Shown here: piece after piece, positions 50,631 through 63,700 of the stretch
Layout: each line of letters starts with the position of its first letter
Numbering within the stretch: the first letter of the stretch is position 1
Assembly: GCA_030390025.1 (NCBI GenBank)
Contig: CM059432.1
Span: 143,160,001-143,224,000 of the forward strand
DNA: 64,000 nt
Direction: 5' to 3'
From: Squalus acanthias
Taxonomy: Eukaryota
Notes under the pieces: generated by a model
Databases searched by the model: none
What the model saw: the letters and a program-made list of their open reading frames with translations, nothing else
Told to the model about the DNA's origin: nothing
Made by a program: the position numbers and the translations under genes

Positions 50631-50965
50631 GACTACACAGAATCATCCTTAATAAAGGTATTTTAGACAGCAGGTGCCAACAGATGAAGCTGGGAATTAA
50701 CATGCAGCGTGTGTGGAAAAAACAAATGTTTGAAGTGTTTTATTTTGCAGAAATGACTGGCTGTGTTTTCATTATTGCAACTGAGAGCCGGGCAATCTGA
50801 TTTACAGAGAAGTAAGGTGAAGGACATCTCAGCTCCTCAAATGATAAGTCCTTAATCAAAGTGAAATGCAATGGAGGCAATCTTTGACTTCTGCCCAAAA
50901 CGGTGGGACTGGGATCGGAGTCGGTGGGACCGGGAGTGGAGTCGGTGGGACCTGGAGCAGAGTCC

Positions 50966-52080
50966 CCCCGCACCCACTGCTGCACCTTCCCCCCCCTGGC
51001 CACCCGCCCCCCCACCGCATGCTCGCCCCGCACCCCCCACACGCAGCCCCCCCCCCCAACACCCACCTGTCCCCTCGCACCCCCCAACACCACCCCTTGC
51101 CCCCCCCCAACACCCACCTGTCCCCTCGCACCCCCCAACACCACCCCTTGCCCCCCCAACACCCACCTGTCCCCTCGCACCCCCCAACACCACCCCTTGC
51201 CCCCCCCAACACCCACCTGTCCCCTCGCACCCCCCAACACCACCCCTTGCCCCCCCCCAACACCCACCTGTCCCCTCGCACCCCCCAACACCACCCCTTG
51301 CCCCCCCCCAACACCCACCTGTCCCCTCGCACCCCCCGGCCCCCCCCGCATGCTCGCCCCGCACCCCCCACACGCAGCCCCACCCCCCAACACCACCCCT
51401 TGCCCCCCCCAACACCACCCCTTGCCCCCCCCAACACCCACCTGTCCCCTCGCACCCCCCAACACCACCCCTTGCCCCCCCAACACCACCCCTTGCCCCC
51501 CCCAACACCACCCCTTGCCCCCCCCAACACCACCCCTTGCCCCCCCCCCAACACCACCCCTTGCCCCCCCCCAACACCACCCCTTGCCCCCCCCAACACC
51601 ACCCCTTGCCCACCCCCCAACACCACCCCTTGCCCCCCCCAACACCCACCTGTCCCCTCGCACCCCCCAACACCACCCCTTGCCCCCCCCAACACCACCC
51701 CTTGCCCCCCCCAACACCACCCCTTGCCCCCCCCAACACCACCCCTTGCCCACCCCCCAACACCACCCCTTGCCCCCCCAACACCCACCTGTCCCCTCGC
51801 ACCCCCCAACACCACCCCTTGCCCACCCCCCAACACCCACCTGTCCCCTCGCACCCCCCAACACCACCCCTTGCCCCCCCCAACTGCCCCCCCCAACACC
51901 CACCTGTCCCCTCGCACCCCCCAACACCACCCCTTGCCCCCCCCAACTGCCCCCCCCAACACCCACCTGTCCCCTCGCACCCCCCAACACCACCCCTTGC
52001 CCCCCCAACACCCACCTGTCCCCTCGCACCCCCCAACACCACCCCTTGCCCCCCCCCAACACCACCCCTTGCTCCCCGCA
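50966..52080. repeat. C-rich composite minisatellite
   Basis: Interspersed units CnAACACCACCCCTTG and CnAACACCCACCTGTCCCCTCGCA. Confidence 0.95.
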
Positions 52081-52254
52081 CTACAGCTTGCTGGCCATGG
52101 GAGGGCAGAAAACCGGCCAGCGCTGAGCCAGCAGGGTAGGTCGGGGCGGAAGATGGGGTGGGGGAGTGGGGGGGGTTGCTTAGCCCGTCGGTAGGTCAGA
52201 GTTATCTCTGTGGGCCCAGGAGGAGGAAGCAATAGTGTTACGTTCCATTATGTT

Positions 52255-52560
52255 CCTGGGCTAATAATCCAGAGAACCTCAGTTCAAATCCCACGTGTGG
52301 GCAGTTTGAAATCAGGAAATAAAAAGCTGCTGTCAGTAAAAGTGACCATGAAGCTGTCGGATTGTTGTAAAAACCCAACTGGTCCTTTTTAGGGAAGGAA
52401 ACCCGACGTCCTTACCCGGTCTGGCTTATACGTGACTCCAGTCCCACACCAAAGTGGTTGACTCTTAACTGCCCCTCTGAAGCGAGCTCCTCAGTTGTGG
52501 TCAACTAGGGATGGGCAATAAATGCCAGCCTTGCCAGCGATGCCCACATCCCAAGAATGA
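52255..52560 (+). mobile_element. SINE with RTE-X-like 3' tail
   Basis: B-box-like agttcaaatccc. Tail caactagggatgggcaataaatg..gccagcgatgcccacatccc is shared with 787-840. Confidence 0.75.
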
Positions 52561-52624
52561 AGACCCTCTCCGGTGAACATTATTGCCGCAGCTACCAAAA
52601 CAGTACTTTTTTGAGTTTCCTTTG

Positions 52625-55288
52625 GCCATTTTAGTGATGGAATAAATATTGGCCAGGACACCGGGGAGAACTCCCCCTGCTCTTCTTTGAAATAGTGTTA
52701 TGGAATATTTTACGTCCACCTGAGAGGGCAAATGGGGCCTCGGTTTAACGTTTCATCCTGAAGACGGCACCTCCAACAGTGCAGCACTCCCTCAGTACTG
52801 GTACTGAGAGTGTCAGCCTGGATTATGTACTCAAGTCTCTGGAGTGGGACTTATCATAGAATCATAGAATGGTTACAGCACGGAAGAAGGCCATTCAGCC
52901 CGTCGAGCCCGTGCTGGCTCTCTGCAAGAGCCCTTCAGCTAGTCCCACTCACCCGCCCTTTCCCTGTAGCCCTGCAAATTTCTTTCCTTCAGATACTTAT
53001 CCAACTCCCTTTTGAAAGCCATGATTGAATCTGCCTCCACCACCCTTTCAGGCAGTGCATTCCAGATCTTAACCACTCGCTGCGTAAAAAAGGATTTCTT
53101 ACGTCGCCTTTGGTTCTTTTGCCAATCGCCTTAAATCTGTGTCCTCTGGTTCTCGACCCTTCTGCCAAGGGGAACAGTTTCTCTCTATCTACTCTGTCCA
53201 GACCCCTCATGATTTTGAACACCTCTATCAAATCTCCTCTCAATCTTCTCTGCTCTAAGGAGAACAACCTCAGCTTCTCCAGTCTATCCACGTAACTGAA
53301 GTCCCTCATCCCTGGAACCATTCTTGTAAATCTTTTCTGCACCCTCTCTAAAGCCTTCACATCCTTCCTAAAGTGCGGTGCTCAGAATTGGACACAATAC
53401 TCCAGTTGAGGCCGAACCAGTGTTTTATACAGGTTCATCATAATTTCCACGCTTTTGTACTCTATGCCTCTATTCATGAAGCCCAGGATCCCATAAGCCT
53501 TTTTAACTGCTTTCTCAACCTGCCCTGCCACCTTCAACGATTTGTGCACATATACCCCCAGGTCTCTCTGGTCATGCATCCCCTTTAGAATTGTACCCTT
53601 TAGTTTATATTGTCTCTCCTCATTCTTTCTACCAAAATGTATCACTTCACACTTTTCTGAGTTAAATTTCATCTGCCACATTTCCGCCCATTACACCAGC
53701 CTGTCTATGTCCTCTTGAAGTCTATCACTCTCCTCCTCACTGTACTTCCAAGTTTTGTGTCATCTGCAAATTTTGAAATTGTGCCCTGTACACCCACGTC
53801 CAAGTCATTAATATATATCAAGAAAAGCAGTGGTCCTAGAACCGACCCCTGTGGAACACCACTGTGTACCTTCCTCCAGTCCAAAAAACAACCATTCACC
53901 ACTACTCTCTGTTTCCTATCACTTAGCCAATTCGTATCCATGCTGCCACTGTCCCTTTTATTCCATGGGCTTCAACTTTGCTGGCAAGCCTATTATGTGG
54001 TACTTTGTTGAACGCCTTTTGGAAATTCATGTACACTATGTCAACTGTATTACCCTCATCAACCCTCTCTGTTACCTCATCAAAAAACTCGATCAAGTTA
54101 GTTAAACACGATTTGCCTTTAACAAATCCACGCTGGCTTTCCTTAATTAATCCACACTTGTCCAAGTGACTGGTAATTTTGTCCCTGATTACTGTTTCTA
54201 AAAGCTTCCCCACTACCGAGGTCAAACTGACTGGCCTGTAGTTGCTGGGTTTATCTTTACACCCTTTTTTGAACAATGGTGTAACATTTGCAATTCTCCA
54301 GTCCTCTGGCACCACCCCCGTATCTAAGGAGGATTGGAATATTATAGCCAGTACCTCCGCAATTTCCTCCCTCAATTCCCTCAGCATCCTAGGATGCATC
54401 ACATCTGCTCCTGGTGATTTATCTACTTTAAGTACAGCCAGCCTTTCTAATACCTACTCTTTATCAATTTTTATCCTATCAAGTATCTCCATTGCCTCCT
54501 CCTTTACTATGTCTATGGCAGCATCCTCTTCCTTGGTGAAGACAGATGCAAAGTGCTCATTTAGTACCTCAGCCATACCCTCTGCCTCCATGCATAGGTC
54601 TCCTTTTTGGTCCCTAATCGGCCCCATCACTCCTCTTACCACCCTTTTACTATTTATATGCCTATAGAAGACTTTTAGATTACCTTTTATGTTGGCTGCC
54701 ATTCTATTCTCATACCCTCTCTTTGCCCCTCTTATTTTCTTTTTCACTTCTCCTCTGACCTTTCTATATATAGCCTGATTCTCAGATGTATTTGCAACCT
54801 GACATCTGTCATACACACTCTTTTTCTGGTTCATCATATTCTCTATCTCTTTCATCATCCAGGGAGCCCTGACTTTAGTTGCCCTGCCTTTCCCCCGAGT
54901 GGGAATGTACCTCAACTGTACCTGAACTATTTCCTCTTTAAAGGCAGCCCATTGTTCGATTACAGTTTTGCCTGCCAATCTTTGATTCCAGTTTACCCGG
55001 GCCAGATCTGTTCTCATCCCACTGAAATTGGCCTTCCCCCCAGTTAAACATTTTTACTCTAGATTGCTCTCTGTCCTTTTCCATAGCTAATCTAAACCTT
55101 ATGATACTATGATCACTGTTCCCTAAATGTTCACCAACTGACACTTGCTCCACTTGACCCACCTCATTCCCCAGAACCAAATCCAGCAATGCTTCCTTCC
55201 TCATTGGGCCAGAAACATACTGATCAAGAAAGTTCTCCTGAACCTACGACCTTCTGCCTCAGAGGCAAGAGAGTGCTAGCCATTGAGC
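52625..55288 (-). mobile_element. DeuSINE split by a 2.4-kb CR1 (52853-55240) inserted in its B box
   Basis: The SINE body ends ggagtgggactt and resumes gaacctacgaccttctgcctcagagg at about 55240. The CR1 has an (atcataga)2 tail and full RT motifs. Confidence 0.92.
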
Positions 55289-55389
55289 GGTTTCCCGCCC
55301 GAAACCTACTGGCAGTTAAAAGCCCCCCCCCCCCACCAACCAACCACCCCACACATATATTTCACCAGTTATTAAACAGTTCTATTTAC

Positions 55390-56062
55390 TTGTACACACA
55401 CAAATCTTTGAAGGCAGCAGGACAAGTTGAGAAGGCTGTTAAAAAGACAGATGGGATTCTTGGCTTTATAAGTAAAGGCATATGGTACAAAAGCAAGAAA
55501 TTTATGCTAAACCTTTATAAATCACCGGTTAGGTCTCAGCTGGAATATTGTGTTCAATTCTGGGCACCACAATTCAGGAAGGATGACAAGGCCTTGGAAA
55601 GGGTGCAGAGGAGATTTACTAGAATGGCACCTGGGATGAGGGACTTGTGGAGAGACTGGAGCAGCTGGGATTATTCTTTTTAGGGCAGCGAAGGTTAAGG
55701 GGAGATTTAATAGAGGTGTTCAAAATCATTAAGGGCTTTGATAGAGTAAATAAGGAGAAACTGTTTCCAGTGGCAGAAGGGTCGGTAACCAGAAGACATG
55801 GATTTAAAGGTAATTGGCAAAATAACCAGAGGCAACATGAGGAGTTGTTATAATCTGGAATGCGCTGCCTGAAAGGGCGGTGGAAGCAGATTCAATAATA
55901 ACTTTCAAAAGGGAATTGGATAAATAATTGATGGAGAAAAATTTGCAGGGCTATGGGGAAAGAGCAGGGGAGTGGGCCAAATTGGAGAGCTCTTTCAAAG
56001 AGCCTGCACAGGCACGATGGGCCGAATGGCCTCCTTCTGTGCTGTATGATTCTATGATTCTA
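55390..56062 (+). mobile_element. CR1 3' part
   Basis: QLEYCVQFWAP..ERVQRRFTRM and (tatgattc)n tail. Confidence 0.9.
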
Positions 56063-57996
56063 TTTATCTTTCCGCTAGGACCTTGTTCCCAACCCCGTTC
56101 AGGGGCAGCCCGTCCCAGCGGTATAGCTCCTTCCTGTCTCAGTATGTGTCCCATGAAATGGATCCCTTCCTTCGTCCCACACCAGTCTTTTAGCCACACA
56201 TTCACCTTCCTGATGTATTTACACACACACACACACACATACCTGTCCCAGGGCTCTTGTTCCCAGGGACTGGTCACTGCTTTAAAAATCAGCTACTAGA
56301 AGTCTCTTCTCCTGCAGAAACCCTTGTATTATTTGGCTAAATTGAGATCTCCACATAAAAGAGTTTATGGAAACACCCATCATGCTGTCACTGCAAGGCC
56401 CAGTACATTAGTGCCCCAATATGGTGTGTTATCACTCCATCTTCATTTCTACCTTAAGAGACTTGTGTTTTTATTTGTCCCAGAAATAGATTATCATCAC
56501 TGGCTTGCAATGCTCGCTGCAGGCGATCAAAGATTAATCCTGACACCATCTAATCTGTCTTGGCTCAAAGAGCCTTGGCTTTGAATGGAGATGTTACCCT
56601 TAGCCACAGCGGGAGATTGCTTTTAAACATTTTGTACTAGGCCTGTTTCTCTGACTGGATATTATCTCAATATTTTCCAGTTTCACAGATCGTCAACCTA
56701 TAATAATTGTTATTTGAAGCTTTTGATGAGTAACTAAAATTTATGACTAAGCTCACCTGTTTGTGCTATAATTTTCAGATGAATTTTACAGCTCACATTT
56801 CAAGTTTCAAGATGAAGTGTTTCGGTATTTGATGAGATTGGAATTCATAACATCTTCATGAACCAATTAAATTATCCTCATCATTCTGTCACTACTACTT
56901 TTCTGGATGCATTTTTTTTAAATAACCAGCTATGATTATCATGAACATTTATTTATTTAATGACCAATGTATCAGTGGGTGGGACTGTCTAAATTATAGT
57001 GTTTAACTATTCCTTAATCATAGATTTCATTCATAAGAGGAGATCCGGAGATGGAATCATTGTCTCAGCGTTTCAAGGGAAAGGAATCACGAATAAACAA
57101 GCATTAAACAGCTTCCGTTCTACGCAAAATCCAGTCTTTCTCATGTTGAGTCAGGCTTGATGACACATGGGATCAGATTCTTCTCTGCGATCATACCTTA
57201 AATTGGGGGGGGGGAAACGGCATATCAATGGAAAATGGGGCAAAATCAGACAGCAAGGATTCTGACCACCATGGGATGATGGCTCCCCTGAAAAGGCACA
57301 AGACTCTATGGGGTTCATGGATAAAGAGGTTACTGTGAATGGAACCATTCTTGGAGGCACTCGGGAGAGTGGCTAGTGCGCTCATGCCCTCCCTGCCTCG
57401 ACTGCCACTTTCGGATGAACGGAGGGAGTTAAGATTCCCCCTTCACACTGGGACAAGGCACATCAAATGGCCATTTCTGTCCGATATTCAACATTGTGTT
57501 TCTATAGTTATTTTATTACCTTCCTTTTCAGGCCACAAGCACTTCTCTCTCTCACTCTCTCTCTCTCTATCTTTCACTTAGGCTTCGGAGGTCAATGTGA
57601 TTAAAAGGAACAACTGTTATTTGCCATAGAAGTGGTTTAATCAAGGTCAGGACAACACTTTCAAAGCTTTAGGGAAGAAAATTGAATTCAGAAGGCTTAC
57701 ATCCAGAGATTGAATAAGTAGACCATTCCATTGGGCGAGAGGGTGAGGTTTTATCGTGAAAACCAATATCCCAAAGAATAAGCAAAGATTACATTAACTT
57801 ACACCATTTCTTTGCCAAATATCTCTGTAATAATATTTAGTGTTACCTAGCTTGTTTGCCATGTCTAATTTGTTTTAATTCAGAACTTTATCCTTTCGTT
57901 GAAAAGTTGTACAATCCATCCAGGATTTTCCTTCTTTATATTAACCCTTTTCTCTGCGGTTGTTGATTTTTGTTCTCCTTCAAATGCACACAAAGT

Positions 57997-58185
57997 GGGG
58001 GCAATTTTCACTTTCATCACCGAGCGAAAAACAAATGATAGCAAATCGGCCGCTCGTCTTACGACCTCGTCCAATTTTCTTTTCCATTGAAGTCAATAGA
58101 AAAGAGAATCGGTCGAGGTGCAAAATAGGTGGCCAATTCGCTATTGCTTGTTTTTCTCCTGGTGATAAAGGTTAAAATTACTCCC
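57997..58185. mobile_element. Short palindromic MITE
   Basis: ggggcaattttcacttt..tcacc / ggtgataaaggttaaaattactccc. Central ccattgaagtcaat is also seen at about 36500. Confidence 0.65.
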
Positions 58186-58191
58186 AAATAA

Positions 58192-58378
58192 GAAAGAAAG
58201 ACTCGCATTTCCATAGCGCCTTTCACGATCTCAGGACGTCCCAAAGCGCTTCACACCCAATGAAGTACTTTTGAAGTGTAGTCACTGTTGTAATGTAGGA
58301 AACGCGGCAGCCAGTTTGTTAACAGAAAGGTCCCACAAACGGCAATGTGATAATGACCAGATAATCTGGTTTTTTTAA
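58192..58378 (-). mobile_element. DeuSINE 3' fragment
   Basis: Tail consensus. Confidence 0.85.
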
Positions 58379-58439
58379 GTAAGAGATTCAACAACCTCCA
58401 ACCACTCAGCACTTGTTGCAATGCACTGGAAAATGAAGG

Positions 58440-58570
58440 TATCTGGTAGAGCAACATTGGAGTGAGGGACTTTAAGCTTATTTGCCTCAAAATAAAAATT
58501 AAGACTTTCTACATAATCACTCCAGCTAAGGTCCCATTCGATACTCTTCATTTTTTCCAACTAATGTTGA
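58440..58570 (-). mobile_element. Possible Gypsy gag N-terminal remnant
   Basis: WSDYVESLNFYFEANKL resembles the W..Y.ERL..YF.AN.I motif. Confidence 0.4.
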
Positions 58571-59391
58571 CATGATAAAAATGAAATGGTCAGGTTGACC
58601 ACTACCTAAGTAACAAAGATGTCCAATGTTCCAGCTTCATAATAATGTGTTGACCATTGACTGTTGAACATTGGCCATTGATTATTGACATTAACCATTT
58701 GATTGTTGAGCGTTGACCATTCCCCATTGACCATGTTGCTACTGTTATGTCCAAATGGGCACTAATTTAACGGCTACTTTTATTTCAGACTCCGAAACCT
58801 TCTACCCAAAGATATAACATTCGGTAACATGAGGAGACCCTGGGGTGTAATTACTACAGGGTGGTTACTCCCGTCAGCGGGCCCTCTAGTGTTCAAACTA
58901 ATAATATGCAAGTACAATACCAATTCAGGTTTGGTTTCAGGGCCTGCAAACTTGGAAATTTTCAGGCTTAAATCAGAGACTTGATCCCGCTTGATAATGT
59001 ACCAGTTATCCATGATTAAAGTTCCTCCATTGATCTTTGATGACTGGAAGTAGACACTATGGGGGCAATTTTAACCCTACCTGCCTGACAGAAACCAGGT
59101 GGGTGGGCAATAAAAATGCCCTGAGTGACTTACCCACCGATAATTGAACAGCAGAACAGGCCCGAGGGGCTAAAGGGCCTACTCCTGTTCCTATATTCCT
59201 TTACTTTCCAGTTACTTAACAGATAATAATGGACTTTATTTTTGGAACATTTAAAACCAAACTTACCAAAATGAATAAATAGAAATTTTCTTTCAAAAAT
59301 AATTCCACAAATAGTACAAATTACAGAAGTACTGAAAAATTCTCTAATAAAAGCTAAAAGGTATGGTAAATGGCAACAACATAAGCCCAAT

Positions 59392-61700
59392 GGCCCTGAA
59401 ATTCGAGAGCACTGGAAACCCACTGGTGGCACCACGGGTCGCAATTAACGGCCGCCGAAATTTATAGCACTGTCAGCACCGGTAAATTGGCGCTGCTTGG
59501 TAATTAACAGTAGCGCAGCGCTAAACTCACCGTGCAAGGCCAGTTTCCCTGGTGGCAGTCTTAGCAGGTGGCCCAACGTAGTGTGGCCGTAGCGTCATTG
59601 CAGCAAGAACAGTGTTCTCTTAAAGCAAGGTTGTCATTTTAGAACGCAGTGGTGTCCCTTAAAGGGGAACTGCCTTCTAAAATGAAAATCATTTAAAAAT
59701 AGGCACTCTTTAGCCCTTAGAACTCAACTGTCTTCTGAAAAAAAATTAACATTAAAATGAATTCCCAAGTGACAGTCTTCAGCTCTTGAAGCTGAACTGT
59801 CTTCTGCACCTGAAAAAATGGGAAAAGTGCTTCAGCACGAAAACAAATGGCTCAGCAATCCAGGAAAGGGGCACCCAGGGTCTCGCAGCTTTGTGCAGGG
59901 GGTCAACATTGCAGGAGAGGTCCTCAACCCACAGGGGCCAGGAGGCCCTCCAGAAAGAACGATGTGGGACCAGATCACCGAGGCTGTCACTGCCAGCAGT
60001 GTTGCCCCCACCACTTGGCTCCAGTGCCCAAAGAAGCTTCATGACCTTAGGCCAGTGGTTAGGGTCAATGAATGCATCTTCAAAGGCCGGCACCTACCAA
60101 CTGCACCACTAGCCTCGCACACTTCTCAATGCACAACCTCCAATCACTCACCTACCAACAATCTGTACCAAACATGAGGCACATCTCCCATTCCTAGCTT
60201 CACCTCACCCCCTTGGAGGAGATGGTGCTGGCCATTCTTGACAGGGGCATGGCTGAGCCCTTGGCCAGCGGCAGTGCTGAAAGGATACAAGATGCTGGTA
60301 TCCTCATATGTTATCCTCCTTCTGGCATGCACCTCTTGCTTTCCCACCCTCCCATCACCACAACTCCACCCTTGTGCCTTCCTCAATTCACACACCCAAG
60401 AAATGCAGCCTGCCCAGCCAATGGTTGACCAAGAAGAGGGAGAGGAGAGTGAAGAAGAAGAAGAAACACCGTCACTCAATTTCACACTCCCAGCCACCAG
60501 CTCCTCAAGGTCGACCAGCAAGGCCATTTGCAGTGTCCCCCACTGAAAGTCAGCAGCCTTCCACCAGCCATGCTGCAGTCACTGGGGTAACACTGCGTGA
60601 CATCAGGAGGATAGGCAAAGGCACACGCAACACAGTCACTAAGGGAATGCATAAGAGTGATGAGTTGATTTCTTGATGTCACATTGGATGGATAGATGTA
60701 TAAAGTTGGATTGGAAAGTTTGCTTTGTGGTGGATTTTATTTCAGCATTGTGGCCAAGAGGACTCTGTGATGGTCAGTAACAGAGGGAAGGTAAGGTGTG
60801 GGACAAATGTTGAAAAGAGAATTGGGGTTGTGGTCACTTTTACCGCAGGCGGATGATTCCATCCCAGATATCCCAGCCAGAAAGAGGCTGTCTGGGTTGT
60901 ATCCTTCCTTCTGCTTCCTCCACTTCTGGTTCCTTCAAAAAGTACGTCATTGGATGCAAAGTGCTTTAGGACGTCCGGTGGTCGTGAAAGGCGCTATATA
61001 AATGCAAGTCTTTCTTTCTTCCCATCTTTTGCTTCCTCCTCTTCTACTTCCTCCTCTTCTGCTTTCTCCTCTTCTGCTTTCTCCTCTTCTACGTATTCCT
61101 CTTTCCTCTGCAAGCAGATGCTGGAAATCTGAAATAAAAGCATAAAATGCTGGAAATACTGAGCAGGTCAGGCAGCATCTCGACCTGAGACGTGAACTCT
61201 GTTTCTCTCTCCACAGCTGCTGCCTGGCCTGCTGATTATTTCCAGAATTTTCTGCCTTCTCAGAGGCCTTCCTTTACCATCTGAGGCCTTGCAAGTATCC
61301 AGCAGCACTCCCTGCACTCTTTAAAACTTTTAACATCTATTGCACCAAGCCACTACTTCAATAAAATATTTTAAAAATCCAGTCCAAAAGCTTAAATGCA
61401 AACTTACCTGAAAGATGTTTGTGTCCCTTTAAGAAGTGCTGACAGCGTCTCTGTCAGTCTGCTGCACGCTCGCTTTTCAGAGCAAACTTAGGACCCAGCG
61501 CTAAACTCAGCGCAAAGGTCCAAGTTCGCAGAGTGTGACGTTAAGTCGGCAGCACATTACACGGCAACATGTAGCTTCCTGCAGTGGCCGGGTGCCTGAG
61601 ATGTGCCCTAGTGGCATGCACCCCCCCCCCCCCATCATATTGAGGTTAAGAGACCTCCCCGTGACTCTGCAGGTCAGTGCTGGGTGGACACATCCCATGC
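59392..61700. mobile_element. Decayed Harbinger element with a Myb/SANT remnant (plus, about 59820-60070); right end approximate
   Basis: Terminus ggccctgaaatt; MWDQITEAVTASSVAPTTWLQCPKKLHDL. Confidence 0.6.
61113..61258. mobile_element. Inverted pair of Penelope P2 tails
   Basis: aaaatgctggaaatactgagcaggtcaggcagcatct faces agctgctgcctggcctgctgattatttccagaatttt. Confidence 0.75.
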
Positions 61701-61718
61701 TTACACCCGATTGTCAGC

Positions 61719-62015
61719 TGTCAGCCGTGGCTCAGTGGTAGCACTCTTACCTCTGAGTCACAGTGTCGTCTTTTGGATGTGACATTAAACCGATTGACCT
61801 GGCCAATACCTATACCTCAATCAACGTCACTAAAACAGATTATCTGGCCATTATCAGATTGCTATTTGTGGGAGCTTGCTGTGCGCAAATTGGCTGCCGC
61901 ATTTCCTACATTACAACAGTGACTACACTTCAAAAGTACTTCATTGGTTGTAAAGTGCTTTGGGATGTCCTGAGGATGTGAAAGATGCTATAGAAATGCA
62001 AGTCTTCCTTTCTTT
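61719..62015 (+). mobile_element. DeuSINE, internally deleted
   Basis: Head gtcagccgtggctcagtggtagc and tail. Confidence 0.85.
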
Positions 62016-62199
62016 TACACTTGATCTTGACTCCCTGTGTACAACACCACAGGAGACTGATTAATATATATTTCAAAATTCTATGTACGTGAGCATTTCC
62101 TGTCCAAATTTTTGATCAAAGTATTTATGTCAACAATTAACATTAAAACTGCCTATGTAAACATTTAGAATGAACATCCTTTATGGAAGCGTGACACAG

Positions 62200-62700
62200 A
62201 ACTTCCAGTCACTTTGCTATTTTAATTCTAAGCTCCACTCCCACTCTGACCTCACCATCCTCGGCCTCCTACACTGTTCTAATGAAGCTCAACGTAAGCT
62301 CGAGGAACAGCACCTCATCTTTCGATTAGGCACTTAACAGCCTTCTGGACTCAACATCGAGTTCAACAATTTCAGATCATAACCTCTGCTCTCATTTTCT
62401 CAGACAGCAGGTGCTAGTAATGATTCTGCTGTTGCCATTTACACCTCCTCTAGACCCATCTTTTGTTTCTTTACATCTTTTGGCCCATTACCTCCCCCTT
62501 TCGCCTTGCACTATCATCCCTTTTGTCTTTTAACCTCTCCTGCCTTCCACCCTATCACAGACCTTCCCTTTTATTCTTTCCTCCCCTCCCCCCTTTCCCT
62601 GCCTCTGTACTTGCTTAAAACCTGTTACATCTCTAACTATCTTCCAGTTCTTTCCACAGATGCTGCCTGGCCTGCTATTTCCAGCATTTTCTGTTTATAT
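62200..62700 (+). mobile_element. Penelope-like element 3' end: GIY-YIG endonuclease C-terminus + P2 tail
   Basis: HSHSDLTILGLLHCSNEAQRKLEEQHLIFRLGT*QPSGLNIEFNNFRS* (stop at 62380-62382), then ccacagatgctgcc..ttccagcattttctg. Confidence 0.85.
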
Positions 62701-63078
62701 TCCTGTATGTAAACAGTTGCCTGTAATGATATCATTGCATGCTCTGGCCAGTAGGTGGTGCCATGGAGTGAGTTTCTGAGGTCTTTTTTCCAACTCCATC
62801 ATGATCTGGTGTATATGGAAAATCAACTGACAATGTCACAGGCAATTTACTAGTTATGTAATTCTTCAGACTTCTGCTTTGTCACACCTGTTTCCTGTTG
62901 TCATGATTTAGTAATGTCTTTGTGACATTGTCTAGAGTCAACACCTAAAGCATAACAGTCATGCTTGCTTCTATTGCTTTTTATGGGTAACACTGAAACT
63001 TTCAGTCCTCCTACCACTGATGGCGAGAGTTATCGTTTCCTCTGGCTTCCAGTAAGCAAGGCCACGAGAGCTTCTCTA

Positions 63079-63279
63079 GTGTCACACTGAGTGTGTAAGC
63101 CTAACTTCACTAGTGTCACACTGAGTGTGTAAGCCTAACTTCACTCGTGTCACACTGAGTGTGTAAGCCTAACTTCACTCGTGTCACACTGAGTGTGTAA
63201 GCCTAACTTCACTCGTGTCACACTGAGTGTGTAAGCCTAACTTCACTCGTGTCACACTGAGTGTGTAAGCCTAACTTCA
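63079..63279. repeat. Minisatellite, about 6 x 34 bp
   Basis: Unit gtgtcacactgagtgtgtaagcctaacttcact(c/a) at 63079, 63113, 63147, 63181, 63215 and 63249. Confidence 0.97.
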
Positions 63280-63289
63280 ACTACAACTC

Positions 63290-63700
63290 ATCACCATGTA
63301 GGAAGATCATGCTTTAATCTCTCCAACATTCCATACTCTGTGAAAAGCCCCAGATTTCAGAAGGGACAGCTGTTCCGCTAGAGACTCCTTTCCTCCTTTC
63401 TTTGCTGTGGTCTTTCTCAGCAATTGGGTGACATAACCTGTTTGCAAAAAAAGTATTGGTTGGGTATGTTTGGAACATTTTCTGTAGTTAATTGATTGCT
63501 TTGTAACATTATTCCAATATTTCTTGATCAATAATTCAATAAGCTGAAAATATTATTCATAACCAGGGCTAAACTGACTAAAATTTTCATCTTCTTCATT
63601 TTCATGAGCAACCTTTATGGCTGTAGATGCATCACCATCATCCCAGTAATGATTCCGTCTTCTATATACATGTTGTTCCAATCTCAGACATGTTTTATTA
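63290..63700 (-). pseudogene. Possible Mutator-like transposase remnant
   Basis: Co-linear, frameshifted motifs DDGDASTAIKV, INYRKC, GYVTQ, AVP....W and KHDLP resemble GDxDSS..INYLQKCF.YA..IVPH..WC..KH..LP. Confidence 0.3.

Noticed and set aside
50740..52232. Six ORFs of 407-458 aa (Gly-rich or Pro-rich)
   Set aside because: All six frames are open because the C/G-rich minisatellite lacks stop codons; there is no coding evidence.
63079..63279. CRISPR-like 34-bp hairpin repeats
   Set aside because: The units abut directly with no unique spacers, there are no cas genes, and the context is vertebrate.
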